Shown here in pieces: positions 8,978-18,753 of a stretch of 64,000 nucleotides of DNA. The first letter of the stretch is position 1; the number at the start of each line of letters is the position of its first letter. The notes beneath the pieces were generated by a model. It was given only the letters and a program-made list of their open reading frames with translations, made no database searches and was not told the DNA's origin. The DNA lies in contig NZBN01000007.1 of assembly GCA_002687935.1 (NCBI GenBank), positions 69,030 through 133,029 on the forward strand. Reading direction: 5' to 3'. A program made the position numbers and the translations under genes. This DNA is from Methanobacteriota archaeon (GTDB lineage Archaea; Undinarchaeota; Undinarchaeia; Undinarchaeales; Undinarchaeaceae).

Positions 8978-10893
8978 AGAACCTGACAAAGTTCCTAAAA
9001 CACGCAAAGAAGACATATCACTCCAGACCTGCTCCTCTTCAGATGCCTCCGGATGTTTCTCAAAAGAGAGCCGCTCCAAATATGCTTGAAATGTTACAAC
9101 CTGCCATCGATGCAAGGAACAAAGAGGCAATAAGCGAGGAAAGTTTTGATCGGATTTCTTCCGAGCTCTCCAAAGAGAGCAGCAGCGGAGCTTCTGAAAG
9201 TGAGCTTAAATCTCTGGTGTCTGAGCTTCTGAAACTTGCTCTCGAAAAAGAGGCAAAGACCGAGAGAGTGAGTCTTCCTGTGAAAGAGCTGCAGACAGAT
9301 TCCCGTGCAACATCAGACTTTTCATTGTCACTTCCTTCGAGTCCTGGTGTACAAAACAAGCCCGGAGTAAAAAAACAGAAACCTGAAAAGAGAGAATCCC
9401 TTCTTGGAATCAATATGACCTATCCTCTAATTTATCGTGGAGGGAAGGTACATGTTTATGCAAATATAAGATATGACCCACGAGCTCAGGGGCTTCTTTA
9501 CAAAGTAATAGAACCGGTTCTTACTCCACAGGAAAATGAGATACTCAAAAGAATAGAAAGCACTCTTGTCGAGGAACTTGAAGTTGATTTCGCCGCACTT
9601 AAGACACTTAAGGCTGAACAATATCTTTCACAGAAGCTGGATTCCGTAATAGCTTACTATAATTTCAGAATGAGTGAGAGAACCCGACATTTCATAGAAT
9701 ACTATATTCAGAGAAATTTCATCGGTCTTGGAAAAATAGATGCTCTGATGAATGACCCAAATATAGAGGACATAAGCTGTGATGGTGTCGGTGTTCCAAT
9801 TTACGTCTATCACCGTGACCAGAGATTTGGTTCAGTAAGAACCAATGTTAAATTTGACACAGAAGAAGAGTTGGATTCCTTTGTTATGAGGCTGTCCCAG
9901 AAATGCGGTCGTTCCATAAGTATAGCTGACCCCCTTCTTGATGGGGCTCTACCTGACGGTTCACGTGTCCAGGCTACCTTTGGCTCTGGAATTTCTATGA
10001 AGGGTTCAAATTTTACAATAAGAAAGTTCACAGCTGATCCTATGACGTGTGTTGACCTTCTTAACTATGGGACTGTAAATTCTGAGATTCTTGCTTACCT
10101 CTGGCTTGCTATAGAGCACGGCAAGTCCATCCTTATTGCCGGACCGACAGCTTCCGGAAAAACTACTATGTTGAATGCGCTGTCTCTTTTCATCAGACCT
10201 GAGCTCAAAGTAATTACCATTGAGGACACTCCTGAACTTCGTCTTCCTCATGAGAACTGGGTGTCTCAGGTTTCAAGAACCGGCTTTGGTCCTGAGGGAG
10301 TAAGCGGAAAGAAACTTGGCGAGATAGACCTCTTTGACCTTCTCAAGGCTTCTCTGCGTCAGAGACCTGACACTATAATTGTCGGTGAAGTGAGAGGTCG
10401 TGAGGCATATGTTCTCTTCCAGCAGATGGCCACAGGTCACCCTGGTATGAGCACAATTCACGCCGAATCTATGATGGCTGTGGTTAACAGACTCAGAACA
10501 CCTCCTATAAATTTGCCCCCGAGTCTGCTTCAGCACCTTGACCTACTTCTTGTTCTTACAAGACAGAGAATAAAAGGCAAGTACATTCGTCGGTCAAAGG
10601 AATTGGTTGAAGTTACAGGATATGATATAGAAAAGGATGTTCCAAAAACAAATACTGCATTTACTTGGTCAGCCGCCGCTGACAAATATTCCTATTATGG
10701 TAAAAGTTCAATATTAAAACGGGTTATGGAAATAACAGGTGGAACTCCGGATTCAATCTACGAGGAGGTAAAGAACAGAATGAGGGTGCTGGACTGGATG
10801 AAGTCAAAAAATATCAGGGACTACAGGAATGTTGGCAGAGTCATACACGAGTACTACCAGAATCCAAGCAAACTTCTCAATCACATAAAGTGA
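8974..10893 (+). CDS. Type IV pilus/T2SS assembly ATPase (FlaI/TadA/VirB11 family) with N-terminal extension
   Basis: DPNIEDISCDG, GSRVQAT, FTIRKF, Walker A GPTASGKTT, TIEDTPEL, LRQRPDTIIVGEVRG, TGH...STIHA. Confidence 0.95.
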   Translation: MKNLTKFLKHAKKTYHSRPAPLQMPPDVSQKRAAPNMLEMLQPAIDARNKEAISEESFDRISSELSKESSSGASESELKSLVSELLKLALEKEAKTERVSLPVKELQTDSRATSDFSLSLPSSPGVQNKPGVKKQKPEKRESLLGINMTYPLIYRGGKVHVYANIRYDPRAQGLLYKVIEPVLTPQENEILKRIESTLVEELEVDFAALKTLKAEQYLSQKLDSVIAYYNFRMSERTRHFIEYYIQRNFIGLGKIDALMNDPNIEDISCDGVGVPIYVYHRDQRFGSVRTNVKFDTEEELDSFVMRLSQKCGRSISIADPLLDGALPDGSRVQATFGSGISMKGSNFTIRKFTADPMTCVDLLNYGTVNSEILAYLWLAIEHGKSILIAGPTASGKTTMLNALSLFIRPELKVITIEDTPELRLPHENWVSQVSRTGFGPEGVSGKKLGEIDLFDLLKASLRQRPDTIIVGEVRGREAYVLFQQMATGHPGMSTIHAESMMAVVNRLRTPPINLPPSLLQHLDLLLVLTRQRIKGKYIRRSKELVEVTGYDIEKDVPKTNTAFTWSAAADKYSYYGKSSILKRVMEITGGTPDSIYEEVKNRMRVLDWMKSKNIRDYRNVGRVIHEYYQNPSKLLNHIK

Positions 10894-10894
10894 T

Positions 10895-11776
10895 ATGGCA
10901 GAGAAAAAATCATCATATGAAAAGTATGTAGAAGTTGCCAGCAGGCTTTTTAGGGATTTTGTTGAAAGAAAAATAGAGAAATTCCGCTGGATACACCCCT
11001 TCCTTAGGCAGGCGAATATGGGTATAATGCTCCGTGAATATGTCTGCGTAAGTTTTCTGAATGCTCTGATAACTCCGGCTATTGCCCTTCCAATAACTTA
11101 TCTTTACATAATTCTTCTTGGAAAACCCTTTCTTCTTGCCCTTGTACTTTCTTTGGCAGTTACCGTAGTTCTGACAACTGGAGTTTTTTTCGGGTCTCTC
11201 TATTATCCTCAGATGCTTGCTGCAGATAGAAAGAAGAACATAGAGAATAACCTTCCCTTTGCGACTTTGTATATGAACACAATAGCGGGGACTGGAGCTC
11301 CCCCCTTTGCTATGTTCAAACTTCTTGCTGATTTTAAGGAATACGGAGAAGTTTCCAAGGAGGCGCAGAAAATAGTGGAAGATGTTGAGATAATGGGGCG
11401 TGATATAGATGATGCACTTCATAAGGCAGCGGAGCAGACTCCTTCCAATCAGTTCAAAGAAATGCTTCTTGGAATTTCAACTACAATAGTCGGAGGAGGT
11501 AATCTCAGAGTCCTTCTCTCAGGAAAGTCAAAACTTCTTATGAATGCATACAGAAGGAAGATAGAAAAATATACAAATGAACTCTCGATTTACATAGAAC
11601 TTTACATCACTCTCGTCATAGTCGGCTCAATATTCTCAACTGTAATGCTAACTATAATGGGTTCAATCTCCGGTTTCGAAAGCTTTAGATTCCTCCAACA
11701 GGCGCTTGTCTACATCTTCCTACCAGTTGCCGGAATAGTCATGATAGGTCTACTAAAAATCGCTTCCCCACTCTAA
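10895..11776 (+). CDS. Type II secretion system F-family (TadC/FlaJ-like) platform protein
   Basis: IENNLPFATLYM, YGEVSKEA, GRDIDDAL...TPS, GGNL; several TM helices. Confidence 0.9.
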   Translation: MAEKKSSYEKYVEVASRLFRDFVERKIEKFRWIHPFLRQANMGIMLREYVCVSFLNALITPAIALPITYLYIILLGKPFLLALVLSLAVTVVLTTGVFFGSLYYPQMLAADRKKNIENNLPFATLYMNTIAGTGAPPFAMFKLLADFKEYGEVSKEAQKIVEDVEIMGRDIDDALHKAAEQTPSNQFKEMLLGISTTIVGGGNLRVLLSGKSKLLMNAYRRKIEKYTNELSIYIELYITLVIVGSIFSTVMLTIMGSISGFESFRFLQQALVYIFLPVAGIVMIGLLKIASPL

Positions 11777-12606
11777 TGGATATAAAAAATCTTTCAGTAA
11801 AAACACAGCACATTGTGCTCGGAATCAGCGGAGCTTTGGCTTTAATTCTTATGATTATTCCCTTTGCAGTCGGTCGAAACGATTTATTGCCTCCCGCCTT
11901 CAGTGTTGCGATTCTCCTTATCTTTCTTCCTTACTCGTATTTCTCATATACTTCACGGAAGGAAATAGAGGAAATCGAGGACCAGCTTCCGGCATTTCTC
12001 AGAGATATAGCAGAGTCAAGAAAGTCAGGACTTACGCTTCCTCAGGCTGTTTCAAAAAGTTCAAAGACTGATTATGGGGTCCTTAGCAAATATGTCAGGA
12101 AAATGGCCGTCCAGTTGTCCTGGGGGGTTCCCTTCATAGAAGCTCTAAGAAGATTTTCAAGAAAGTCCCGAAGTCGTTTCGTACAAAGGGCTATTGCAAT
12201 CATCATAGAAACTCAAATGAGTGGAGGGGCGCTTTCTGAGACGCTTGACGCGGTCGCGAATGACGCCCGTATAATTAAGGAAGCCGAAGCCGAGAGAAAA
12301 ACAAAGCTTCAACAGCAGACAGTAATAATGTATGCAATATTCTTTCTCTTCCTGATGATAGTTATCTCACTTCAGAAGCTTCTCGTTCCTCTTGTATTTT
12401 CACGCGGATTTACAATTGCCTCAATTGACCCTGAAGCAGTTCTTTCCTTCTATCAGGGAATATTTTTCTCAATGGTCGTTATACAAGCTATATTTACTGG
12501 CTTGATAGCCGGTCAGATAGCTGAGGACTCTGTAAAACTTGGTCTTAAACACAGCGCAATATTCCTTGTAACGGGGGTTATGGCATCATGGATATTCCTC
12601 TTCTAA
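11776..12606 (+). CDS. Type II secretion system F-family (TadB/TadC-like) platform protein
   Basis: IEDQLPAFLRDIAESRKSGLTLPQA, DYGVLS, LSWGVPFIEAL, SGGALSETL; C-terminal TMs. Confidence 0.9.
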   Translation: MDIKNLSVKTQHIVLGISGALALILMIIPFAVGRNDLLPPAFSVAILLIFLPYSYFSYTSRKEIEEIEDQLPAFLRDIAESRKSGLTLPQAVSKSSKTDYGVLSKYVRKMAVQLSWGVPFIEALRRFSRKSRSRFVQRAIAIIIETQMSGGALSETLDAVANDARIIKEAEAERKTKLQQQTVIMYAIFFLFLMIVISLQKLLVPLVFSRGFTIASIDPEAVLSFYQGIFFSMVVIQAIFTGLIAGQIAEDSVKLGLKHSAIFLVTGVMASWIFLF

Positions 12607-13115
12607 AGCAAGATAACGGACAGGGAAACCTAGGAGTTATTGTCGCGGTAGTCCTCCTAATAATAATGGTTATGTCGGCGACTATGTCAATTCTTGATAT
12701 GGCTCCTTCAGTGAAAGAATCCTCTGACCGCTTTGTTCTCCAGTCTAGAGCTCTCGATATAAGCAATCTTTTGCTGAATGACCCCGGACTTCCGGCTGAT
12801 TGGAATTCGGGCGATCTTCCGGACAGAATCGGACTTGCTGAATACAATAATTTTAGCAATTCAACTCTCAGGAACAAATTGGATTGGAAAAAAGTCCTCT
12901 ACATAAATGATACTATAGCTAATAATTACACAAAAGTGAGCCAGAACTTAAGCCTCGAGAATAGTACACGATTCTGGCTCAAAATGGAGGCTTCTGGACG
13001 TGTTTATCTTAATATGACCGAAGGCTACCCCTCAAGGCTTTCAGATGTTGTGGTTCTCACAAGAATTATGGTAATAAATCAGACAATAGTTAATGTGACT
13101 TTGATGGTATGGTAG
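12588..13115 (+). CDS. Minor pilin-like protein
   Basis: NG|QGNLGVIVAVVLLIIMVM segment then LLLNDPGLPADWN; 19-nt overlap with preceding gene. Confidence 0.65.
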   Translation: MDIPLLKQDNGQGNLGVIVAVVLLIIMVMSATMSILDMAPSVKESSDRFVLQSRALDISNLLLNDPGLPADWNSGDLPDRIGLAEYNNFSNSTLRNKLDWKKVLYINDTIANNYTKVSQNLSLENSTRFWLKMEASGRVYLNMTEGYPSRLSDVVVLTRIMVINQTIVNVTLMVW

Positions 13116-13116
13116 T

Positions 13117-13602
13117 ATGATGAAAAACAGAAAAGCGTGGATAAAATTAGTAGGTCTAGTCTTAGCCTCAGTTTTGATATTTGTTTCTATAATGTATCTG
13201 CAGTCTCTTCAGCTTACAGAAAGCAGTCAGCCCGGGGACTGGGGAAATGTTGTTCTTAATACCTATGCAAAAGACTCTCTTAATTCCCTCTGGAGAAGTG
13301 ACTTGAATAATGATAGTTCAAAAGATCTTGCTAAGTTTGTTATAAATCAATTTTGGACCAGTGACGAAGATCCCTTTAATCTGGAAGATGAACTGACTAA
13401 AATGCTTCCAGACCATCTTGGTTTCACATTTTACTTATATGACAATGGAACAATATCACATAAGGGAGGCTCTCTTGTAGGTCTACAACCTTCCACAAAA
13501 GAAATAGTCTCTGTCGGTAGAACAATCTCAGGTGCAAATGTGAATAACACCTGTACTGTCGTTCCTTGCTCAGTATATCTTGCAGTGTGGTTTATACAAT
13601 GA
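13117..13602 (+). CDS. Minor pilin-like protein
   Basis: KNRKA|WIKLVGLVLASVLIFVSIMYL N-terminus. Confidence 0.65.
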   Translation: MMKNRKAWIKLVGLVLASVLIFVSIMYLQSLQLTESSQPGDWGNVVLNTYAKDSLNSLWRSDLNNDSSKDLAKFVINQFWTSDEDPFNLEDELTKMLPDHLGFTFYLYDNGTISHKGGSLVGLQPSTKEIVSVGRTISGANVNNTCTVVPCSVYLAVWFIQ

Positions 13603-14579
13603 ACAAAAATAGAAAGGCTCTCATCGGAGTTGCTGCAATAGCTGGTGCAGTTATTGTTATTGTTGTCGCAACTGGTGTTTTTATTGAAGCTGAAGAAGCT
13701 GAGGAAATCACTACACAACAGGCTCAGTCAATTGTCGCCCAGAATCCAGGGGAGGTTTTTGAAGTTATTCGTGAGGTTATGGATGAATGTGTCAGCGAAG
13801 CGCTGTTTTTCGCAAATTTTGAGGATATTGGGGACATGATGGCATATGAGGATTTTCTTAATAATATCTGTTCTCATTCAGTACTGGAGTTAGAGTCCTT
13901 CATAACTTCAGAAGGTTTTTCGCAAAATATCACTTTTGTGGTGGACACAGCTCTTCAGGAAGTTATGACTATAAATGTTTCAGCTCAGTTGTCCTCAGCC
14001 GCAGGAACAGTAAGCAAGGATTTTGTATCTTCTGATGCTAGATATGTTTGTGTTCCTCAGACAGAGGCGGTTGATCCTGAATGTATAACTGACAGTGCAA
14101 ACCTTAAGGATTTTAACACATCTCCAACGGAACCAACAACTGACTGCGAGCTCCACTTCACAATTCTTGATGAGTCTCTTGACTATCTACAAATGCCAGT
14201 TATGATAGGTTTTGGGATGACCCTTCCTCCTATGGGCGGTGGTCCTGGTACTCCTTATACTGTTAGATTTATTACAGCTGAAGATCCTCTTGGAGAAGCT
14301 ATAGTAGAGGACTATAGGCTGAGTTTATGTAGATTGGATGCAAGTTTCTCAAGTACTGGAAAAATCTTAGACCTAACTCTAGATACAGCAACTTGTCTAA
14401 TGAGAGATCCCCCCGGTCCTGGTTGTGAGGATTGTGCCCAGTGCGAGTCTGTAAATTCTTCCTATTATAGGTTCTTATCTCTCAACTTGCAAATTGACCA
14501 TCCTGAAGATATCAGTGTAACGCACTGCCGTATAGAAAATCTTACTGATTGCTTACCTGTCTTTGGTGTTGGAAAATAA
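13599..14579 (+). CDS. Large Cys-rich pilin-like/surface protein
   Basis: ATG 13599 overlaps previous stop (ATGA); KNRKA|LIGVAAIAGAVIVIVV signal; acidic with about 12 Cys. Confidence 0.7.
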   Translation: MNKNRKALIGVAAIAGAVIVIVVATGVFIEAEEAEEITTQQAQSIVAQNPGEVFEVIREVMDECVSEALFFANFEDIGDMMAYEDFLNNICSHSVLELESFITSEGFSQNITFVVDTALQEVMTINVSAQLSSAAGTVSKDFVSSDARYVCVPQTEAVDPECITDSANLKDFNTSPTEPTTDCELHFTILDESLDYLQMPVMIGFGMTLPPMGGGPGTPYTVRFITAEDPLGEAIVEDYRLSLCRLDASFSSTGKILDLTLDTATCLMRDPPGPGCEDCAQCESVNSSYYRFLSLNLQIDHPEDISVTHCRIENLTDCLPVFGVGK

Positions 14580-15696
14580 TATCAAAATATGGCATCTGCT
14601 CAAGCACGCGTTTTTTTGAGCAGTGCAGAGCTTCCCCAAGCTCGGCGGCTTCGGAATCTCGTTTTGCTCGCTGAAACTTTGTTCTTCCCATAATAGCAAT
14701 TATCTGCGGAAAGACACAATCTATACTTTTTCCATTCTTCTCTTTTTTCGCCCGGGCAGTTCCTATTGACATTAGCTCGGAGGCGTAGCTAAGCAGAGCC
14801 CACTGCTGCCCTCTTCTTATTCTTCTCAAAAAGATGTCTGCCCGTGAGACTTTGTCATAGGCCTCTGCAATCTCCGAAGCATCTCCGTACTCACGCGCTA
14901 TATTCTCTTCTATCCACAGCATTATTTCTTCAGGCGCCACATCGCAGGCAAACATAGACTTCCGTATAAAATCTGCATCCTTAGTTTTGAATATAGCTTT
15001 TAGAGCGTCAGAAATGGCAATTCTCTTGCCATGTTCTCCTAAATGCTCCAAATTTTCCTTTGTTATTTTCTGCCTTCCGGTCGAAACCGCCTGAAGCTCA
15101 TTTATTGCAATTCTCATATCTCCCTCTGAGCGCCACGCTATCTGCATAATTACGCTGTCGGCTGCTTCTATTCCTTCTGAAGAAAGTATATCCTTAAGCC
15201 TCTTCGCCACATCTGCCTCACTCAGCTTTGCCATTTTAACAACCTTGCACTTCTTCTTCAGCTCTTTTACTGCTCTCACATCAGGATTATTTGCAGTTAG
15301 AACAATCGGGAATGCGCTGTTTTGAACTATCTTCAGTATCGCAGGCACTCCTCCTCTATCAGAGTTTCCGTGGATTCCGTCTGCTTCGTCAACGAGTATT
15401 ATTTTTCCATCCCCTGTCAGACTCATCTGACGGGAAGCACCTCCTATAATTTCTTCTATATCTGCCTTCTTCCTTACATCTGAGGCGTTTGTCTCCAGAA
15501 GCTCATTTCCAGTTTCCTTTGCCAGGGCTGAAACAAGAACGTTTTTCCCGCAGCCACTCGGTCCAATAAGAAGAATTCCTGAACCTGGTTTGTAATTCTT
15601 AACAAAAGTTTTCAGAGTCTCTGCAGCCTTTCCCTGGCCAAGCACTTCCTCAATTTTCGTCGGGCTGTATTTCTCAGCCCACGGTTCATTTCCCAT
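14542..15696 (-). CDS. rfcL: Replication factor C large subunit
   Basis: PWAEKYSP, GPSGCGK, LETNASD, LVDEAD, GDMRIAINELQ; ATG 15696 preferred; 3' end overlaps convergent pilin gene by 38 nt. Confidence 0.93.
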   Translation of the reverse strand: MGNEPWAEKYSPTKIEEVLGQGKAAETLKTFVKNYKPGSGILLIGPSGCGKNVLVSALAKETGNELLETNASDVRKKADIEEIIGGASRQMSLTGDGKIILVDEADGIHGNSDRGGVPAILKIVQNSAFPIVLTANNPDVRAVKELKKKCKVVKMAKLSEADVAKRLKDILSSEGIEAADSVIMQIAWRSEGDMRIAINELQAVSTGRQKITKENLEHLGEHGKRIAISDALKAIFKTKDADFIRKSMFACDVAPEEIMLWIEENIAREYGDASEIAEAYDKVSRADIFLRRIRRGQQWALLSYASELMSIGTARAKKEKNGKSIDCVFPQIIAIMGRTKFQRAKRDSEAAELGEALHCSKKRVLEQMPYFDIIFQHQRQVSNQ

Positions 15697-16657
15697 CTTT
15701 TCCGGTCTTGTAAAGCTGAGCCAGGAAGGCATTTATCTGTATAATATCGTTCGAGCCTTCGGTTATTCTGAAGTCATATTCTCCTAGCCTGTCCAGGAGT
15801 CCTGCCAATGCGTTTTCCGGAATTTCTTCCATTCTCAGAAGAGCTCGGTGCATCTGCCTTATCACATCTTCTCCAGAAACACCTTTGTCAATCATCATAG
15901 TGGTAATTTTTTTCCGTGCTTCTCTGAATCCGCCATTCATGGCGAGCTTGAGACAGTCTTCAACTTCTCCGGGTTTGCTTCTTGCCGAAACAAGATAAAC
16001 TGATTCCTCGCTTATACTCTCCCCACTAGATGCGACAGCCTGCATAAGGTTTATCGCTGTTCTAAGGTCTCCGGTTGCGATTTCAAGAAGAGCTTCTATT
16101 CCACTGGCGTCTACAGAAAGTTTCTCCTCCGCTGCTATAAATTTCAGTCTTTTTTCAACTTCTCCCTTCTCAACTGGTCCGAATCTGAAAATTGCGCATC
16201 GTGACTGTATCGGGTCTATAATTTTTGAACTGTAATTACAGGAAAGTATGAAGCGGCAGGTATGTGTATAATTTTCCATAGTGCGTCTTAGTGCCTGCTG
16301 TGCCTCTTTCGTCAGAGCGTCACTTTCATCCAGATAAATTATTTTGTAAGGAACATCTCCGAGTGCTTTTGTTCTTGCGAAGTCCTTTACTTTATTTCTT
16401 ACTACGTCAATTCCTCTTTCATCAGAGGCATTTAACTCAAGAAAATTACCTTGCCAGTTGTCTCCAAAAGTTTCTTTCGCAAGAGCGAGTGCGCAGGTAG
16501 TTTTCCCCGTTCCTGCAGGTCCTGAAAAGAGCAGATGCTGAAGCGTTTTAGATTCTGCGAAGGCGCTTAGTCTTTCCACTATGTGTTTTTGTCCCACGAC
16601 TTCCGATAGTACAGTGGGTCTGTACTTCTCTGTCCAAATATCTGTGCTAAATTCCAT
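15686..16657 (-). CDS. rfcS: Replication factor C small subunit
   Basis: WTEKYRP, GPAGTGKTT, LELNASDERGIDVVR, LDESDALT, QSRC; no intein. Confidence 0.97.
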   Translation of the reverse strand: MEFSTDIWTEKYRPTVLSEVVGQKHIVERLSAFAESKTLQHLLFSGPAGTGKTTCALALAKETFGDNWQGNFLELNASDERGIDVVRNKVKDFARTKALGDVPYKIIYLDESDALTKEAQQALRRTMENYTHTCRFILSCNYSSKIIDPIQSRCAIFRFGPVEKGEVEKRLKFIAAEEKLSVDASGIEALLEIATGDLRTAINLMQAVASSGESISEESVYLVSARSKPGEVEDCLKLAMNGGFREARKKITTMMIDKGVSGEDVIRQMHRALLRMEEIPENALAGLLDRLGEYDFRITEGSNDIIQINAFLAQLYKTGKDGK

Positions 16658-16740
16658 CTCCCAAAACTGTTTTTGTCTGCGTGTTATATAAAACTTCGTT
16701 GCCTGTTAATTTTTTATAGAAGTGTCTCTAATGATAGTGT

Positions 16741-17409
16741 ATGAATTATCCTCTTCACATGGGAATAATCCCTGATGGCTGTCGCCGATGGGCTTCTGAA
16801 AAAGGCTCACTTCCTTGGGATGGCCATCTTAAAGGAATTGGGGTTATGGAAACAGTTTCCAAATGGATTCTTTCTGAAACTCCTGTGAAACATCTCACTG
16901 CATACGGACTTTCTGCGTCAAATTTGAAGCGTCCTGCTTCTCAGCTGAAGGCTCTTGAAAAATTGTATTCAAAATATTTCATTAAACTTTCAAAAGACAA
17001 GGATATTCACGAAAACCAGGTAAGGGTTGGAATTATAGGTTCCCGTAACCTTTTACCGGAAAAAATCCTTGATGCTGCTGATGTTGCTGTGGAGGCAACA
17101 GCTAATTATGACAGCAAATTTTTCAGAGTTGCTCTTGCCTATTCTGGTCGCCAGGAAATAGTAGATGCTGTCAAGAAATCCGGAGAAAAATTGTCAGTGG
17201 AAAGTATATCCCAAAATCTTTATTCAGATTATCCTGATGTCGACTTGATATTCAGGACTTCCGAGCGCCGCCTGAGCAATTTCATGCTCTGGGCTTCAAG
17301 TTATTCTGAGCTCTATTTTTTAGACAAGTATTGGCCTGATGTAAGCGTTGACGATATTCGCGTGGCACTTGAAGACTATGATTCCCGTCAACGAAGGCAC
17401 GGAGAATAG
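16741..17409 (+). CDS. uppS: cis-prenyltransferase (undecaprenyl diphosphate synthase family)
   Basis: HMGIIPDGCRRWA, ALAYSGRQEIV, DLIFRTSERRLSNFMLW, C-terminal RRHG. Confidence 0.9.
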   Translation: MNYPLHMGIIPDGCRRWASEKGSLPWDGHLKGIGVMETVSKWILSETPVKHLTAYGLSASNLKRPASQLKALEKLYSKYFIKLSKDKDIHENQVRVGIIGSRNLLPEKILDAADVAVEATANYDSKFFRVALAYSGRQEIVDAVKKSGEKLSVESISQNLYSDYPDVDLIFRTSERRLSNFMLWASSYSELYFLDKYWPDVSVDDIRVALEDYDSRQRRHGE

Positions 17410-18471
17410 CTATCTCAGAAGACCTCTGATAAAAGGAACCTGAGTTATTAGTCTGGGATTTTTTAAGAAACCTTTCAGAAGAAGAGTCGGCTTGTCCATA
17501 TCTCCATATTCCTGCATAAGTTTTACCATACTCTCGTTTCCAAGCGTGTCCCAGAATTTGTCCATCTCTTCGTCTGTCATGCTTGAGAGAATGTTATTAA
17601 TCGCCACAGCCTTTTTCAAATCAGGATAAATCTCATTCCTAAATCGTTTTTCATATATGTTTAAGTCCTTTTTTTCTATTGCATCTGCCAATATTTCTGC
17701 GGATTTCATACCCATATAAATTCCCCCACCTGTTGTTGCCTTTACCTGACCTGCCGCGTCTCCAACCAAGGCAACATTTCCCTTCAATATAGGTTTTCTG
17801 ACACGCATTGGTATAAATCCTGCCAAACATTTTCGCTGTTCGACTTTTCCAAACCTCTCTTCTATAAATCTGTCAAGGTACTCCTTCGGTTTCTCTCTTG
17901 TTCCTAGGCCTACACGGAGATTTTTGTCCGTCGGTATTATCCAGGCAAAGAAACCTGGAGCCACCTTCTGTCCAAGATGGAGCTCTACAAAGTCCTTGTC
18001 ATATCCGTCGTTGTCTATTTCAACTTGAACTCCAACGACATGTTTTTCTAGTGGCGGAAACCCTGCCAGCCTCGCAACTGTTGAGTGGGCTCCGTCTGCA
18101 CCAACTATATATTCAGAATTAAAGTCTAAAGAGTTGACGTGCACTCCTTCCTTGACATCAAGACCCTTCGCTAGATGTCTGTCATATTCTCCTCTGTCAA
18201 CAATATCTGCTTGTTTCTCTTCTCTTGAAACTTCAACAACTTTTTTGCTTGGAGAATAAAGCTTAGCTCCTTTTACTTGATTGAGTATTACTTTTTTTGG
18301 CATATCAAGAAGTTCTGCAAAATTGTTACTAAAAACTCCGGAACACTGAACTGGTCTTCCTATGTCTGGACTACTTTCATACACTGTCGAATCTATTCCC
18401 TTATCTTTAAGCTTTCTCGAAAGATGTAGTCCGGCTGGTCCTCCACCGACTATTGTAACTTGAGAATCCAT
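17410..18471 (-). CDS. Geranylgeranyl reductase family FAD oxidoreductase
   Basis: IVGGGPAG, PVQCSG, VGADG, PGFFAWIIP, LVGDAAGQVKATTGGGI. Confidence 0.88.
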   Translation of the reverse strand: MDSQVTIVGGGPAGLHLSRKLKDKGIDSTVYESSPDIGRPVQCSGVFSNNFAELLDMPKKVILNQVKGAKLYSPSKKVVEVSREEKQADIVDRGEYDRHLAKGLDVKEGVHVNSLDFNSEYIVGADGAHSTVARLAGFPPLEKHVVGVQVEIDNDGYDKDFVELHLGQKVAPGFFAWIIPTDKNLRVGLGTREKPKEYLDRFIEERFGKVEQRKCLAGFIPMRVRKPILKGNVALVGDAAGQVKATTGGGIYMGMKSAEILADAIEKKDLNIYEKRFRNEIYPDLKKAVAINNILSSMTDEEMDKFWDTLGNESMVKLMQEYGDMDKPTLLLKGFLKNPRLITQVPFIRGLLR

Positions 18472-18504
18472 AAGTTTAAATTGCTCCTTCGGATATAATA
18501 ATTT

Positions 18505-18753
18505 ATGGTCGAACAGGAATATCTTGAGGAATTAAAACGTGCAGTTCTTGAAATAGAGGAACACGCAAATATGTTTTCCCTTGAGGACCTTATAAGTTAC
18601 GCAAAAGGACATGGAATTCCTGAAAAAGAAGTAGATGGCTTGATTCATGAGCTTATTGCGGAAGAATACATTCACAAAATAAAGGGAACAGAACTTTATT
18701 CAAGAACTATTCACAAGGATTACAGTCAGGCGGCAGAGAAGCAGCCTCTTTAG
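18505..18753 (+). CDS. Small stand-alone winged-helix-like protein
   Basis: 82 aa; SLEDLISYAKGHGIPEKEVDGLIHELIAEEYI resembles the MCM/RPA2 C-terminal WH pattern; TATA upstream. Confidence 0.55.
   Translation: MVEQEYLEELKRAVLEIEEHANMFSLEDLISYAKGHGIPEKEVDGLIHELIAEEYIHKIKGTELYSRTIHKDYSQAAEKQPL

Noticed and set aside
7326-12606. Archaellum operon
   Set aside because: No FlaF/FlaG/FlaH or chemotaxis genes; two separate TadB/C-like genes and many minor pilins fit an adhesive pilus.
14542-14579. 38-nt convergent overlap of rfcL and the last pilin gene as antisense regulation
   Set aside because: Short 3' overlaps are common in compact genomes; no further evidence.
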